Positions 17,201 to 25,195 of a DNA stretch of 64,000 nucleotides are shown here, one piece after another. Position 1 is the first letter of the stretch, and each line of letters starts with the position of its first letter. Location: NCBI GenBank assembly GCA_020636775.1, contig JACJXF010000002.1, forward strand, positions 144,331 to 208,330. The letters run 5' to 3'. The position numbers and the translations under genes were made by a program. The notes under the pieces are model-generated. The model did no database searches. It was not told the DNA's origin and was given only the letters and a program-made list of their open reading frames with translations. This DNA comes from Bacteroidales bacterium (GTDB lineage Bacteria; Bacteroidota; Bacteroidia; Bacteroidales; GCA-2748055).

Positions 17201-17325
17201 CTGCCGGTGATCCTTTACCAGTACCAAGATTTGTGTATTACACCATTGTAATTGTAACCGTAGTGGCACTGGCAGCTTATTTCAACCAGCGAAAGCTGGA
17301 GAAGCTGGAGCAAAAGCCGGAGTAA
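14218..17325 (+). CDS. ccsBA: Cytochrome c biogenesis system II protein, fused ResB(CcsB)-CcsA
   Basis: 1035 aa. The N-terminal ResB-like part has TM segments. The C-terminal CcsA part has the Trp-rich haem-handling motif WANESWGRYWGWDAKETW and conserved His residues. Confidence 0.88.
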   Translation: MKKYINFLFSMRFTAILFVVFGLSIATATFIENDFGTDSARAVIYNTKWFELVLFLGMINLIVNIFRAKLYKKEKLPMFIFHIAFVVIILGAGITRYIGFEGSIGIREGASSNTVVSDKAYIQIEAKQGENVYKQEDYVLFSPLRNSRYSSRLGSGDKKIEVKLAEFIPNASETLAPAGDGEQGFTMQEMVISGDNGRETVIMKEGDERRFKSIWISFSGSQHQDGVRITNNGGRAMISASFDFTVMSMADQSTVTFKADSIYPFLPMHLYNFNGVMVVPQSFMENAIIRPMKNPGAEKNMFMDALVFNVSSQGQSKQLTVWGKKGVIGEAASTEIAGSRVDISYGSMAVSIPFSLRLEDFFLERYPGSNSPSWFESKVTLFDPVKKISEPHRIFMNNVLIYQGYRFYQSSYDNDEHGTILSVNKDFWGTWVSYIGYLLMGLGMAMTLFNPNSRFTLLSRKIKEVRESRKLLTALLFGLFMMAAPANAQMSSLPHFIDPAHAKSFGELLVQDHGGRIEPINTMSSDIVRKVARKTEINGLNPDQVILGMLQDPGYWQTVRMIRVSNDQLARELNLDSKYAAFQDFLNNEGYVLQSAVEQAYRKKPAYRSKYDNELMKVDERVNICYMIYSQGLLKVLPKKDDVTGKWYTPVEAGQAFTSDDTVFTRTIFPVYLQSLDQAVHSGDYTQANEYLTYLKSYQQKYGASLLPSENTRKLELYYNKLGIFGRLSGIYGLIGFVLLMLHFVQIFMTRLKLDKIITVASWLVILTFIAHTAGLAMRWYISGHAPWSNGYEALVYISWATILAGLIFSRKSKITLAATAILAYLILFVAHLSWMDPEITNLVPVLKSYWLVIHVAIITASYGFLALGAVMAAINLFLMILKSEKSMKRVDLVIQELSYIIEMTLIVGLFMVSIGTFLGGVWANESWGRYWGWDAKETWALVTVIVYSFIAHMRMVPGLKDIYKFNLAALVGFSSVIMTYFGVNYYLSGLHSYAAGDPLPVPRFVYYTIVIVTVVALAAYFNQRKLEKLEQKPE

Positions 17326-17328
17326 ATA

Positions 17329-18393
17329 TTATTCGGGATCAAACCCAAGTCCCGGTAATTCGGTGGTGCGTAGCACCCCGTTTTCCAGGACTACGGCTCC
17401 CTTGCAGGGATCGTCAAGAAGATCGTAATGTCCATCGAGATCGGCATAGCTGATATTGGGTTTTGACAGAGCAAAGTGCAGGCCTGCTGCAATTGAGATG
17501 GCCGATTCATCCATGCAACCTACCATTGACTCCACACCGGCTGCCCGGGCGATGGAGTTAATGCGTATGGCTTCATTGATTCCACCAACCTTCATAAGTT
17601 TGATATTGATCAGGTCGGTGAGATCATTATGGGTGAGGTTTAATACATCGGAAATATTCATCATGCTCTCGTCAGCCATCACAGGTATATGAACGCTTTT
17701 AACCACCTGACCAAGCAGGTCAAGCTGCTCGCGCGGGGTTGGCTGTTCAATCAGGGAAACGTTTGCTGAGCGCGTCTTTTCCACGAAAAATATTGCATCT
17801 TTAAGAGAATAGCCCTGGTTGGCGTCAAAGCGCAATTCGACATCCTCCCCCAGAAGTTCTCTTAGTTTGAGAATCTTTTCGACGTCCTCTTCCGGCTGCA
17901 ATCCCCCTTTTATTTTAAAAATGAAAAATCCCTGATTCCGGAGTTCAGAGGCTCTTTTCAGTGTGTCTTCAACCGACATTATACTGATGGTAATGCTTGT
18001 AGGGATAGAAGTTCTGTATCCCCCTAAATATTTGTATAGCGGAATTCCTGCCGATTTGGAAACCAGATCGAAAAGAAGCATATCGGTCATAGCCAGGGCA
18101 GCCGGATGTTTGATGAGTGAGGACCGAAGTTCTTCAAGTATGCGTGCATAACGATGAGGGTCAGCACCACGAAGGGCCGGCTCTATATGGAAAGTATAAT
18201 TTTCCATCACTGAATCGGCCGTCTCTCCTGTAACCCCGGCATCGGGAGCACCACAACCCAATCCGCGGATTCCCGAATCAGTTTCAGCGATAAGAAAGAG
18301 GTTTGAGCAGGAATGAATCGTTTCATAAGCAATAACGTAGGGCTCGCTAAGCTTCATCTCATGGATACGACATTCGGTGCGGAGAATTTTCAT
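17329..18393 (-). CDS. Dipeptide epimerase (enolase superfamily, MLE subgroup; L-Ala-D/L-Glu epimerase-like)
   Basis: 354 aa. It has the KxK motif (FKIKGG) and metal ligands in RFDANQGY, IEQP and MADES. Confidence 0.8.
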   Translation of the reverse strand: MKILRTECRIHEMKLSEPYVIAYETIHSCSNLFLIAETDSGIRGLGCGAPDAGVTGETADSVMENYTFHIEPALRGADPHRYARILEELRSSLIKHPAALAMTDMLLFDLVSKSAGIPLYKYLGGYRTSIPTSITISIMSVEDTLKRASELRNQGFFIFKIKGGLQPEEDVEKILKLRELLGEDVELRFDANQGYSLKDAIFFVEKTRSANVSLIEQPTPREQLDLLGQVVKSVHIPVMADESMMNISDVLNLTHNDLTDLINIKLMKVGGINEAIRINSIARAAGVESMVGCMDESAISIAAGLHFALSKPNISYADLDGHYDLLDDPCKGAVVLENGVLRTTELPGLGFDPE

Positions 18394-18518
18394 GAAAATT
18401 TACTCTGGGTTTTCCAGCCCGAAGGTACAAGGATTCGCGGTAATAACTGAGTTATGCTCTTCGAAATTTTAAATTCTCCCGGGCTGATATTTTAAATGTG
18501 AGCTAAAAATATGCAGAT

Positions 18519-19598
18519 TCAGGATTTTTTCAGAAGGGGCAGGATTACTTTCATAAGTCCTTCGGGTCCGTGTTTGAGCACATCGAAAGCAGGGATTCCG
18601 GTTTCCTTCAGGATATTTTCACATGCCGGAAGGATCTCTTCATCTTTCATGTTTTCATGATTCAGGGTTATCGCGATTACCTTTTTTCCTGATATCATTT
18701 CAATAGCATCAATTTGTTTTTTAAGGGGATGGAGGGGAATGCCCGGAAACCCGTCGTATTCAACTCTTTTGGGGGCATGCTGGAGGATGACGAAATCGGG
18801 TCTTCCGGCCGCCAGTAATTCAAATCCCCCGGGGTATGCGGGATTTAAAAGGCTGCCCTGACCTTCCAGGACAACAGCATCCGGTGATTCATTTTTCCAG
18901 GCTTCCACAACAGCATGTTCAATCTCCCCCGAAACAAAATCGTTTATCAATGAATCCAGGATGAAGCTGTATTTTGCGCCCTGCATCCAGGCTGTTTGCC
19001 CGGTGCCAATTAATTCAGCTTTTTTTCCGGCATTCCGGAATCCATGCACGATGATCCATGCGGTGGTGCGCTTTCCTATGGCCGAATCGGTTCCCAGCAC
19101 TGCCAGTTTCAGACATGTAACCTTATCGATATCGCCCGTGAAAAAATGAAGATCATTCCGGTTGGGAGTTTTTCGAATGTCGCGTATGCGCAATCCCTTA
19201 TAATCTGCCAGTTTTCCAAATTCGGGATCATCGCCCAGAAAATCGTGTAGGCCGGAGTCGATATTGAGTCCTATTTCCAGGGCCGTGAGAATGTCTTTTC
19301 GCTGGGATTTCTCAAAACGTCCGCCATCCGGGGCAATTCCTATTACCATGGTTTTTATTTCGATTCCCTTTGACAGTGCTGTGACAACAGCATCTTCAAC
19401 GGATTTTACAACAGGGATACCGTTTTTTCTTCCGTCCAGAACTTCTCCTGCATCCTGTCCGGCATATCCGGAATCGATTACAGCAATTACATTATACCGG
19501 CTTGTGAAACGGACGAGTCCGTGAGCGGTTTTTCCGTTGGGAGTGTTGAATGCTCCCTGGCAGTAAACTATGGCGGGGCCGTCGATTGTTTGGTTCAT
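18519..19598 (-). CDS. DUF1611-family protein (DgcN-like)
   Basis: 359 aa. It has an N-terminal Rossmann-like domain and a P-loop-like LGTDSAIGKRTT. The pairing with a dipeptide-epimerase gene is characteristic of the family. Confidence 0.65.
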   Translation of the reverse strand: MNQTIDGPAIVYCQGAFNTPNGKTAHGLVRFTSRYNVIAVIDSGYAGQDAGEVLDGRKNGIPVVKSVEDAVVTALSKGIEIKTMVIGIAPDGGRFEKSQRKDILTALEIGLNIDSGLHDFLGDDPEFGKLADYKGLRIRDIRKTPNRNDLHFFTGDIDKVTCLKLAVLGTDSAIGKRTTAWIIVHGFRNAGKKAELIGTGQTAWMQGAKYSFILDSLINDFVSGEIEHAVVEAWKNESPDAVVLEGQGSLLNPAYPGGFELLAAGRPDFVILQHAPKRVEYDGFPGIPLHPLKKQIDAIEMISGKKVIAITLNHENMKDEEILPACENILKETGIPAFDVLKHGPEGLMKVILPLLKKS

Positions 19599-19609
19599 GG
19601 TTTTTGAAG

Positions 19610-19712
19610 GTTAAGCGCAATGGCGCAGAGGCGCAATGATTACGCGGTTTTTTTATTCAATATTTTAAATCTTTTTGCGCTTACTTTGCGCCATAGCGCC
19701 TTTGCGCTTAAC
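19610..19712. repeat. Imperfect inverted repeat built from 9-bp GGCGCAAnG units (about 38-bp arms, AT-rich 25-nt spacer)
   Basis: The left arm is GTTAAGCGCAATGGCGCAGAGGCGCAATGATTACGCGG. The reverse complement of the right arm is GTTAAGCGCAAAGGCGCTATGGCGCAAAGTAAGCGCAAAA. It fills the gap between the PLP-enzyme stop (19714) and the DUF1611 start (19598). Confidence 0.85.
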
Positions 19713-19713
19713 T

Positions 19714-20811
19714 TTATTTCCTCCCGGTAAGCACCGCCACAAAGCGATCGTTATTAAAATCCTCCTTTTTATGCATCTCCAGCAGGGCAATCAGACCGGC
19801 CGTTGAGGCAGGCAGAACGCTCAATCCCTCTTTATCCTTTAATAATTTTGAAACGTAGCTTAAGCGCGAATCAGAAACATCATCGGCCCAACCCTCGCTT
19901 GAGTATATAGAGTTGAGGGCAATATCCCCGTCGAAGGAATGCCAGTTTATGAGGGCCTCATTGACTTTGGTTTCACGTATTGTTTCAGGAGAAAGGTCGG
20001 CGCAATAGTCGAGGCCTTTTTTAAATGACAAAATAATGGGATTCTTTTTAAAGGATGATCCGGCAACAATTCTGGGGATTCTTGAGGTTTTACCTCTTTT
20101 AAAAAGGGTTGCAAAGCCCCGGTGAATGCCTGCCAGCATGGTGCCATTTGATACGGGTGCAGCTACAATTTTTGGAGCGTCGTGGAGGACATCGTAAATT
20201 TCAAAAGCGATTTCCGCATAAGAAATCAGTTGCAAATGCGTGTTGGCTCCTCCGGGATTCGCATCGTAATATTCGCGATCCAGAGCAACCTGCTTGGAAT
20301 GCTCCACAGCGTCTTCGTAATTTCCCGGAGTACGTACAATGGTGGCTCCCATTTTTTCCATTTCAATGATCCGCCTGGTATGATAGGTTTCGGGGATGAA
20401 AATGAAACATTTAAGTCCGGCCAGATGAGCCGCCAGAGCAACGGCAACACCGTAATTGCCGCAGGTTGCCAGTGTAATGGAATCAAAATTACGCCTCAGG
20501 GCATCGTGGCACTGGGCAAAGGCAATCCGGTCTTTTTGTGTGCCGGTTGGATTCCCTCCCTCGAATTTAATATATAGCTGTCGCAATCCTGTTTCCCGCT
20601 CAAGGTTACGGGCCCGTCCCAGACTGGTATCACCAATATCAATGTTTATGATATCCTCAAAAGCTTCCAGTCGTTCGTTAATGTCGTTGTCGAGGTTGGT
20701 AACAATTTTACTTAATTCCTCACTCTCATGGGATACGGATAATCCAAATCCGGATGCACCATCGATCAGGGAGAAAGGGGAGTTGTTGGTTTGATTGCTT
20801 TGAGAATCCAA
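19714..20811 (-). CDS. PLP-dependent enzyme, tryptophan-synthase-beta (PALP) fold, threonine synthase/cysteine synthase-like
   Basis: 365 aa. The PLP-lysine motif is KFEGGNPTGTQKDR, and a glycine-rich phosphate loop is present. Confidence 0.7.
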   Translation of the reverse strand: MDSQSNQTNNSPFSLIDGASGFGLSVSHESEELSKIVTNLDNDINERLEAFEDIINIDIGDTSLGRARNLERETGLRQLYIKFEGGNPTGTQKDRIAFAQCHDALRRNFDSITLATCGNYGVAVALAAHLAGLKCFIFIPETYHTRRIIEMEKMGATIVRTPGNYEDAVEHSKQVALDREYYDANPGGANTHLQLISYAEIAFEIYDVLHDAPKIVAAPVSNGTMLAGIHRGFATLFKRGKTSRIPRIVAGSSFKKNPIILSFKKGLDYCADLSPETIRETKVNEALINWHSFDGDIALNSIYSSEGWADDVSDSRLSYVSKLLKDKEGLSVLPASTAGLIALLEMHKKEDFNNDRFVAVLTGRK

Positions 20812-21025
20812 TTTAATTTGGGGGTATTAAATTTTAGAATGTAACAAATTGTATCCGGAAGGGTTTATTTTTTTGGAATATATTTTATCAATTTTTTACT
20901 TGAAGGAATAGTATAAGCCATATAATATAGAACACAGCTTAAGATACAATTTTCTTCCTCACAAAACACTTTTTTTAATACCAATCTTTTAGTAATTTGC
21001 TTTACTAATTCTAAAGAAATTAAAA

Positions 21026-21547
21026 ATGAAAAAACAAGCTTTTATTTTCCTCGCCATCCTGTCGTTTACATCGGTTTCGCTATTCGCACAGACCCTGCAG
21101 GAGCAGGCAAAGGCTCTTCCCAGACCTGCCGATTGCGGGGTGGCTGATTATGATGCCTTTAAAAACTCTTCTTTCACTTTGAAGGACGATGTTGTAAAAA
21201 CAGATAAGAACTATGAAGAAGTAACCACAGATATTGCCAAATATTCAACTTCTGAAAAGCCGGTTACGGTTGCGAATGTAAAATCAGATATTTCCCGTGT
21301 GAAGTCTGTGAAATCCTCCCTTCAGACCTTCGATGACAAAGTTGTAAAACTTACCGACGATGGGAAGTCGCTAACGGAGAATGTTACCAAGGTAAAACCC
21401 GTAACCAAAATCAAGCCGGCTACCTCGAATACCAAAGATTCCGTAAAGGCTGTGGATCTGAGCCGGGATATGTTAAAGGAACTAGGAACCAAGGTGGATG
21501 CGGATCTGGAGACGCTGAATGGGCTGCTTTCGAAGGCGGAAGAGTAG
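21026..21547 (+). CDS. Secreted hypothetical protein
   Basis: 173 aa with a signal peptide (MKKQAFIFLAILSFTSVSLFAQ) and a Lys/Val/Thr-rich, probably helical body. Confidence 0.5.
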   Translation: MKKQAFIFLAILSFTSVSLFAQTLQEQAKALPRPADCGVADYDAFKNSSFTLKDDVVKTDKNYEEVTTDIAKYSTSEKPVTVANVKSDISRVKSVKSSLQTFDDKVVKLTDDGKSLTENVTKVKPVTKIKPATSNTKDSVKAVDLSRDMLKELGTKVDADLETLNGLLSKAEE

Positions 21548-21552
21548 ATTTA

Positions 21553-21693
21553 GGGTAACGAAGTAACGAGGTAACGGGGTAACGGGGTAAGGAGGTAACG
21601 AGGTAACGGGGTAACGAAGTTACGGGGTAACGGAGTAACAGGGTTAAGGGGTTATGGAGTTACGGGTGAAAAGGAAGTAAGGGGTGTAACGAA
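21553..21693. repeat. About 16-17 tandem units of the 8-bp repeat RRGTAACG (G-rich on the + strand)
   Basis: Read directly: gggtaacg aagtaacg aggtaacg gggtaacg gggtaagg aggtaacg aggtaacg gggtaacg aagttacg gggtaacg ..., degenerating toward the 3' end. Confidence 0.9.
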
Positions 21694-21720
21694 CCCTGAA
21701 TATTTTTAAATCGGAAACCA

Positions 21721-22392
21721 ATGAAATCCGGATATTTGCTTAAGCAGGTTTTGGGCACATTATTTTTCTTTTCCCTGATATTTATTAGTGCCGGGAAAAT
21801 TAACTATTGGCAGGGGCTTGTATATGTTGTCGCAGGTTTAAGTATGATGCTTTTGAATTTTACTGTATTTCAGGTAGATGCAGAACTATTGAAAGAGCGC
21901 TCAAAACCGGGAGAGAACACAAAACAATGGGATAAGAATATATTGGGATTATCGTTACTCGTTACCGTTTCAATGTATATAATTGCGGGATTGGATTCCG
22001 GTCGTTATCACTGGTCTCCACTATTCCCACCCGGATTATACATTTGCGGCTTCCTGTTTACCGTCGCGGGTCAGCTTATATTCCTGATCGCTCAAAAGCA
22101 GAACAGATTTTTTTCCAGTACTGTCAGGATACAAACAGACAGGGGTCATACTGTGTGTGAAACTGGATTATACCGTTTTGTAAGGCATCCTGCTTATATG
22201 GGTTCAATACTCCAGGCAGTTGGTTTCCCCTTGCTTTTTGGTTCAGTCTGGAGCATTTTACCTGTAACTCTGTCGGTTATTCTGTTTCTGGTAAGAACCA
22301 GTCTTGAAGACAAAACCTTAATCGCTGAGCTGAAGGGATACAAGGAATATACGCAAACAACTCCCTATAAAATTATACCCTATCTATGGTGA
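21721..22392 (+). CDS. Isoprenylcysteine carboxyl methyltransferase (ICMT)/phospholipid methyltransferase-family membrane protein
   Basis: 223 aa, multi-TM. The C-terminal motif GLYRFVRHPAYMG is typical of the ICMT/PEMT family. Confidence 0.75.
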   Translation: MKSGYLLKQVLGTLFFFSLIFISAGKINYWQGLVYVVAGLSMMLLNFTVFQVDAELLKERSKPGENTKQWDKNILGLSLLVTVSMYIIAGLDSGRYHWSPLFPPGLYICGFLFTVAGQLIFLIAQKQNRFFSSTVRIQTDRGHTVCETGLYRFVRHPAYMGSILQAVGFPLLFGSVWSILPVTLSVILFLVRTSLEDKTLIAELKGYKEYTQTTPYKIIPYLW

Positions 22393-22443
22393 TGCCGGAC
22401 CTTTAAATTAAAAATACATCATATTCCCACGCCAAATCCCATT

Positions 22444-22515
22444 CGTTACCCCGTTACTTCGTAACCCTGTTACCTCGTTACTTCGTTACCTCGTTACCTC
22501 GTTACCCCGTTACCC
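22444..22515. repeat. 9 tandem units of CGTTACYY (reverse complement of the 21553-21693 unit)
   Basis: Read directly: cgttaccc cgttactt cgtaaccc tgttacct cgttactt cgttacct cgttacct cgttaccc cgttaccc. It is in inverted orientation relative to the upstream array. Confidence 0.9.
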
Positions 22516-22525
22516 CACTGCTCCC

Positions 22526-22693
22526 CTACTTCTCCGCAAACTCCCCCAGACACCGAGGACACAAACAATCAGTATACAAACCAATAATCCTGAGCATATC
22601 CTTCTTATGGATTTGCACCGATTCGCACCAGCAGTCTTCCTCCCCGGTGCATTCAAAGCTTGCGGAGCATTTCGGACATGTTTTTTTTGACAT
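22526..22693 (-). CDS. Cysteine-rich CWC-family small protein (55 aa)
   Basis: Below the ORF-track size cutoff. My own translation is MSKKTCPKCSASFECTGEEDCWCESVQIHKKDMLRIIGLYTDCLCPRCLGEFAEK*. It has CxxC...CWC...CxCPRC cysteine spacing. The ATG lies 1 nt after the folB stop. Confidence 0.65.
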   Translation of the reverse strand: MSKKTCPKCSASFECTGEEDCWCESVQIHKKDMLRIIGLYTDCLCPRCLGEFAEK

Positions 22694-22694
22694 A

Positions 22695-23045
22695 TTAACG
22701 ACTGAGGCTTACGTTTACACTTCTCATCTTTCCACCCATGGGGGGATTCATTTTGCGAACGGTTACTTTGGCGTGGGTAACTCCGGGCAGCTCATTATAT
22801 ACGGCATCAAGGATGCGGCTGGCAATATTTTCCAGAAGTTTTGATTTTGTCTCCATTTCTCTCTTAACCAGTTTATAGGCTATCTGGTAGTTTACGGCAT
22901 CATGAAGATCGTCGGTTTCTGCAGCGCGCTTCATATCGGTTTCGAGGAAGAGGTCAACCAGAAACTTGTTTCCCACGATCTGCTCTTCCTTATAATGCCC
23001 GTGAAAGGCATAAAATTCCATTGCTTCGATATGAATTGTACCCAT
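22695..23045 (-). CDS. folB: Dihydroneopterin aldolase
   Basis: I place the start at MGTIHIEAMEFYAFHGHYKEEQIVGNKFLVDL (ATG 23045). This gives 116 aa with typical FolB sequence and length. Confidence 0.85.
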   Translation of the reverse strand: MGTIHIEAMEFYAFHGHYKEEQIVGNKFLVDLFLETDMKRAAETDDLHDAVNYQIAYKLVKREMETKSKLLENIASRILDAVYNELPGVTHAKVTVRKMNPPMGGKMRSVNVSLSR

Positions 23046-23163
23046 GCTTTTTTTTGTAAAGTTAGTTTTTTTTGAACTTTTCAGAACAATCCACCTGCTG
23101 AACAAGATTTATTATCGAATGTTTATTAATAGGTTCTTTACTCAACTTATTAAACACAGTCAT

Positions 23164-23601
23164 ATGAAAGAGCAGAATAAATCAGTCATAAATGTTCAGG
23201 TAATTGTTAATGCAGGAATTGAAAAAGTCTGGGAATGCTTTACCCTCCCTGAGCATATCATACACTGGAACTTTGCCAGCGATACCTGGCACTCACCCCG
23301 CGCAGAAAATGATTTGAAGGTTGGAGGAAAGTTCAGCTGGCGTATGGAGGCAAAGGATAAGAGTTTTGGATTCGATTTCTCAGGAACCTTTACAAAAATC
23401 ACCCTGAATAAAGAAATTGCATATATACTGGATGACGGAAGAGAAGTAAGTATTGAATTTATTCGGAAAGGCTCACAAACCCTTGTAAAAGAATTTTTTG
23501 AAGCGGAAGAGGTAAATTCACCGGAAATGCAAAAAGCCGGATGGCAGGCAATCCTGGATAATTTTAAAATATATACAGAGAGTGTTTCTTTAAAATCTTA
23601 A
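23164..23601 (+). CDS. SRPBCC/AHSA1-domain protein
   Basis: I place the start at MKEQNKSVINVQVIVNAGIEKVWECFTLPEHIIHWNF, which is typical of the Aha1/START-like family. Confidence 0.7.
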   Translation: MKEQNKSVINVQVIVNAGIEKVWECFTLPEHIIHWNFASDTWHSPRAENDLKVGGKFSWRMEAKDKSFGFDFSGTFTKITLNKEIAYILDDGREVSIEFIRKGSQTLVKEFFEAEEVNSPEMQKAGWQAILDNFKIYTESVSLKS

Positions 23602-23611
23602 AACCCAAATC

Positions 23612-24052
23612 ATGGCAAAAGTCAGCACTTATTTAAATTTCGCGCGGAATACCGAAGAGGCCTTTATTTTTTACAAATCCGTTTTTGGAGGCGATTTTAT
23701 TAATGGAATTATGCGGTTCAGCGACATCCCGCCATCAACAGAAATGCCAGCTATGGCTGATGAGGATAAAAATCTTGTAATGCATGTTGAATTGCTTATT
23801 CTTGGAGGGCACAAACTCATGGGAACCGATGCTCCTGAATCACTTGGTTTCAGGGTAAATCAGGGGAACAATGTTTATATTAACCTGGAACCTGATACAC
23901 GAGCTGAAACCAGAAGATTGTTTAATGCTCTTTCCGGAGGCGGGAAGGTTGAACAGGAATTACAGGACATGTTCTGGGGTGATTATTATGGCAGTTGTCA
24001 GGATAAATTTGGTGTGCACTGGATGTTTAATTGTTCGGAAAAGGCGAATTAG
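23612..24052 (+). CDS. VOC/glyoxalase-fold protein (PhnB-like)
   Basis: 146 aa. The pattern STYLNFARNTEEAFIFYKSVFGG ... MFWGDYYGSCQDKFGVHWMF is characteristic of PhnB/3-demethylubiquinone methyltransferase-domain proteins. Confidence 0.7.
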   Translation: MAKVSTYLNFARNTEEAFIFYKSVFGGDFINGIMRFSDIPPSTEMPAMADEDKNLVMHVELLILGGHKLMGTDAPESLGFRVNQGNNVYINLEPDTRAETRRLFNALSGGGKVEQELQDMFWGDYYGSCQDKFGVHWMFNCSEKAN

Positions 24053-24189
24053 AGTTTTTCCGAAGTCCTGATTTTAAATTGCATCAGTCATTTTCAAAGA
24101 GTCTGGCGAGTTATTTTTTTGCCTATCCTAACATAAAATGCAACCAAAGAAGGGAAATTGTATTATTGCATCAAATTGGCAATGTAATA

Positions 24190-24756
24190 ATGGATGAAAA
24201 AGAACTCCTTGAAAGAATAAAAGAAAATCCTTCACTCTTTTCAGAGTTATTTAAACTTTACTATAAATCAATATTCGGCTATATTCTGAGGCGGACAGGG
24301 AGTTTTGACGAAACTGCGGATATTGCTGCAGATACATTTTATAAGGCATTCCTTCATGTAAAAAACTTTTCATATCGGGGAATATCCATAAAAGTATGGC
24401 TATACAGGATTGCTACCAACGAGATAAATCTCCATTTCCGTAAACAAAGAAAAAGAAATTCCATTTTTGAAAGGTCCTTTGGAGTGAATAGAGAGAAATT
24501 TCAATTCTTCCTTAACGATGACCGGGAAGAAGCCGAAGCTGAGATGCAGAAGCATAAGCAATATCTGGAAGTGCTGCAGCAGTTGAGAATGCTTCCTGTC
24601 AAATATCAGGAGGTATTATCGCTAAGATATTTTGAAGGGAAAAGCAACCGGGAGATAGCTGAAATACTTGACATTCATGAAGGGACAGTTAAATCGATTC
24701 TTTCACGGGGACTTGTAAAACTTCGGGAAAAATGCAACCAAAACGAACTTTTGTAA
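24190..24756 (+). CDS. ECF-type RNA polymerase sigma-70 factor
   Basis: I place the start at MDEKELLERIKEN. Region 2 reads WLYRIATNE and region 4 reads LSLRYFEGKSNREIAEILDIHEGTVKSILSRG. Confidence 0.85.
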   Translation: MDEKELLERIKENPSLFSELFKLYYKSIFGYILRRTGSFDETADIAADTFYKAFLHVKNFSYRGISIKVWLYRIATNEINLHFRKQRKRNSIFERSFGVNREKFQFFLNDDREEAEAEMQKHKQYLEVLQQLRMLPVKYQEVLSLRYFEGKSNREIAEILDIHEGTVKSILSRGLVKLREKCNQNELL

Positions 24757-24759
24757 TTA

Positions 24760-25185
24760 TTGATTATGAAAATGAAAGACTTCGAAAATAAGTTGCTTGA
24801 TATGAGCAAGCCGGAAATTAAAAATCTAAAACATCAGGATATGTTATCAGAAGCGATCTCCAAAGCAAAGGATCATTCCGTTCTAAGTCTCTGGTGGTTG
24901 AGCATACCCCTTTATTTAATTGCGGCACTTATTATGAAAAGCTTATTTATGCCCGGGACAAGCCTTGCTTCAAACCTTCATGAACTGTCAGCCATGAGCC
25001 GGATTTCAAGTATTCTTTTTTTTCTGCTTACTCCCATGGTATTTATTATCATAAATATTTTTGTCATCCGAAAAGTTTATTTCCTTTCCGGAAGCCCGGA
25101 TGGTATAACTTTTCTTAAAGCTGTATGGTTTAATATTCTGATTATCATGTCAAGCATATTAATATTGATAATTTTTGCACTTTAA
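24760..25185 (+). CDS. Small membrane protein, candidate anti-sigma factor
   Basis: 141 aa. It starts 4 nt after the sigma-factor stop and has a cytoplasmic N-terminus followed by about 3 TM segments. Confidence 0.45.
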   Translation: MIMKMKDFENKLLDMSKPEIKNLKHQDMLSEAISKAKDHSVLSLWWLSIPLYLIAALIMKSLFMPGTSLASNLHELSAMSRISSILFFLLTPMVFIIINIFVIRKVYFLSGSPDGITFLKAVWFNILIIMSSILILIIFAL

Positions 25186-25195
25186 AAACAACACC

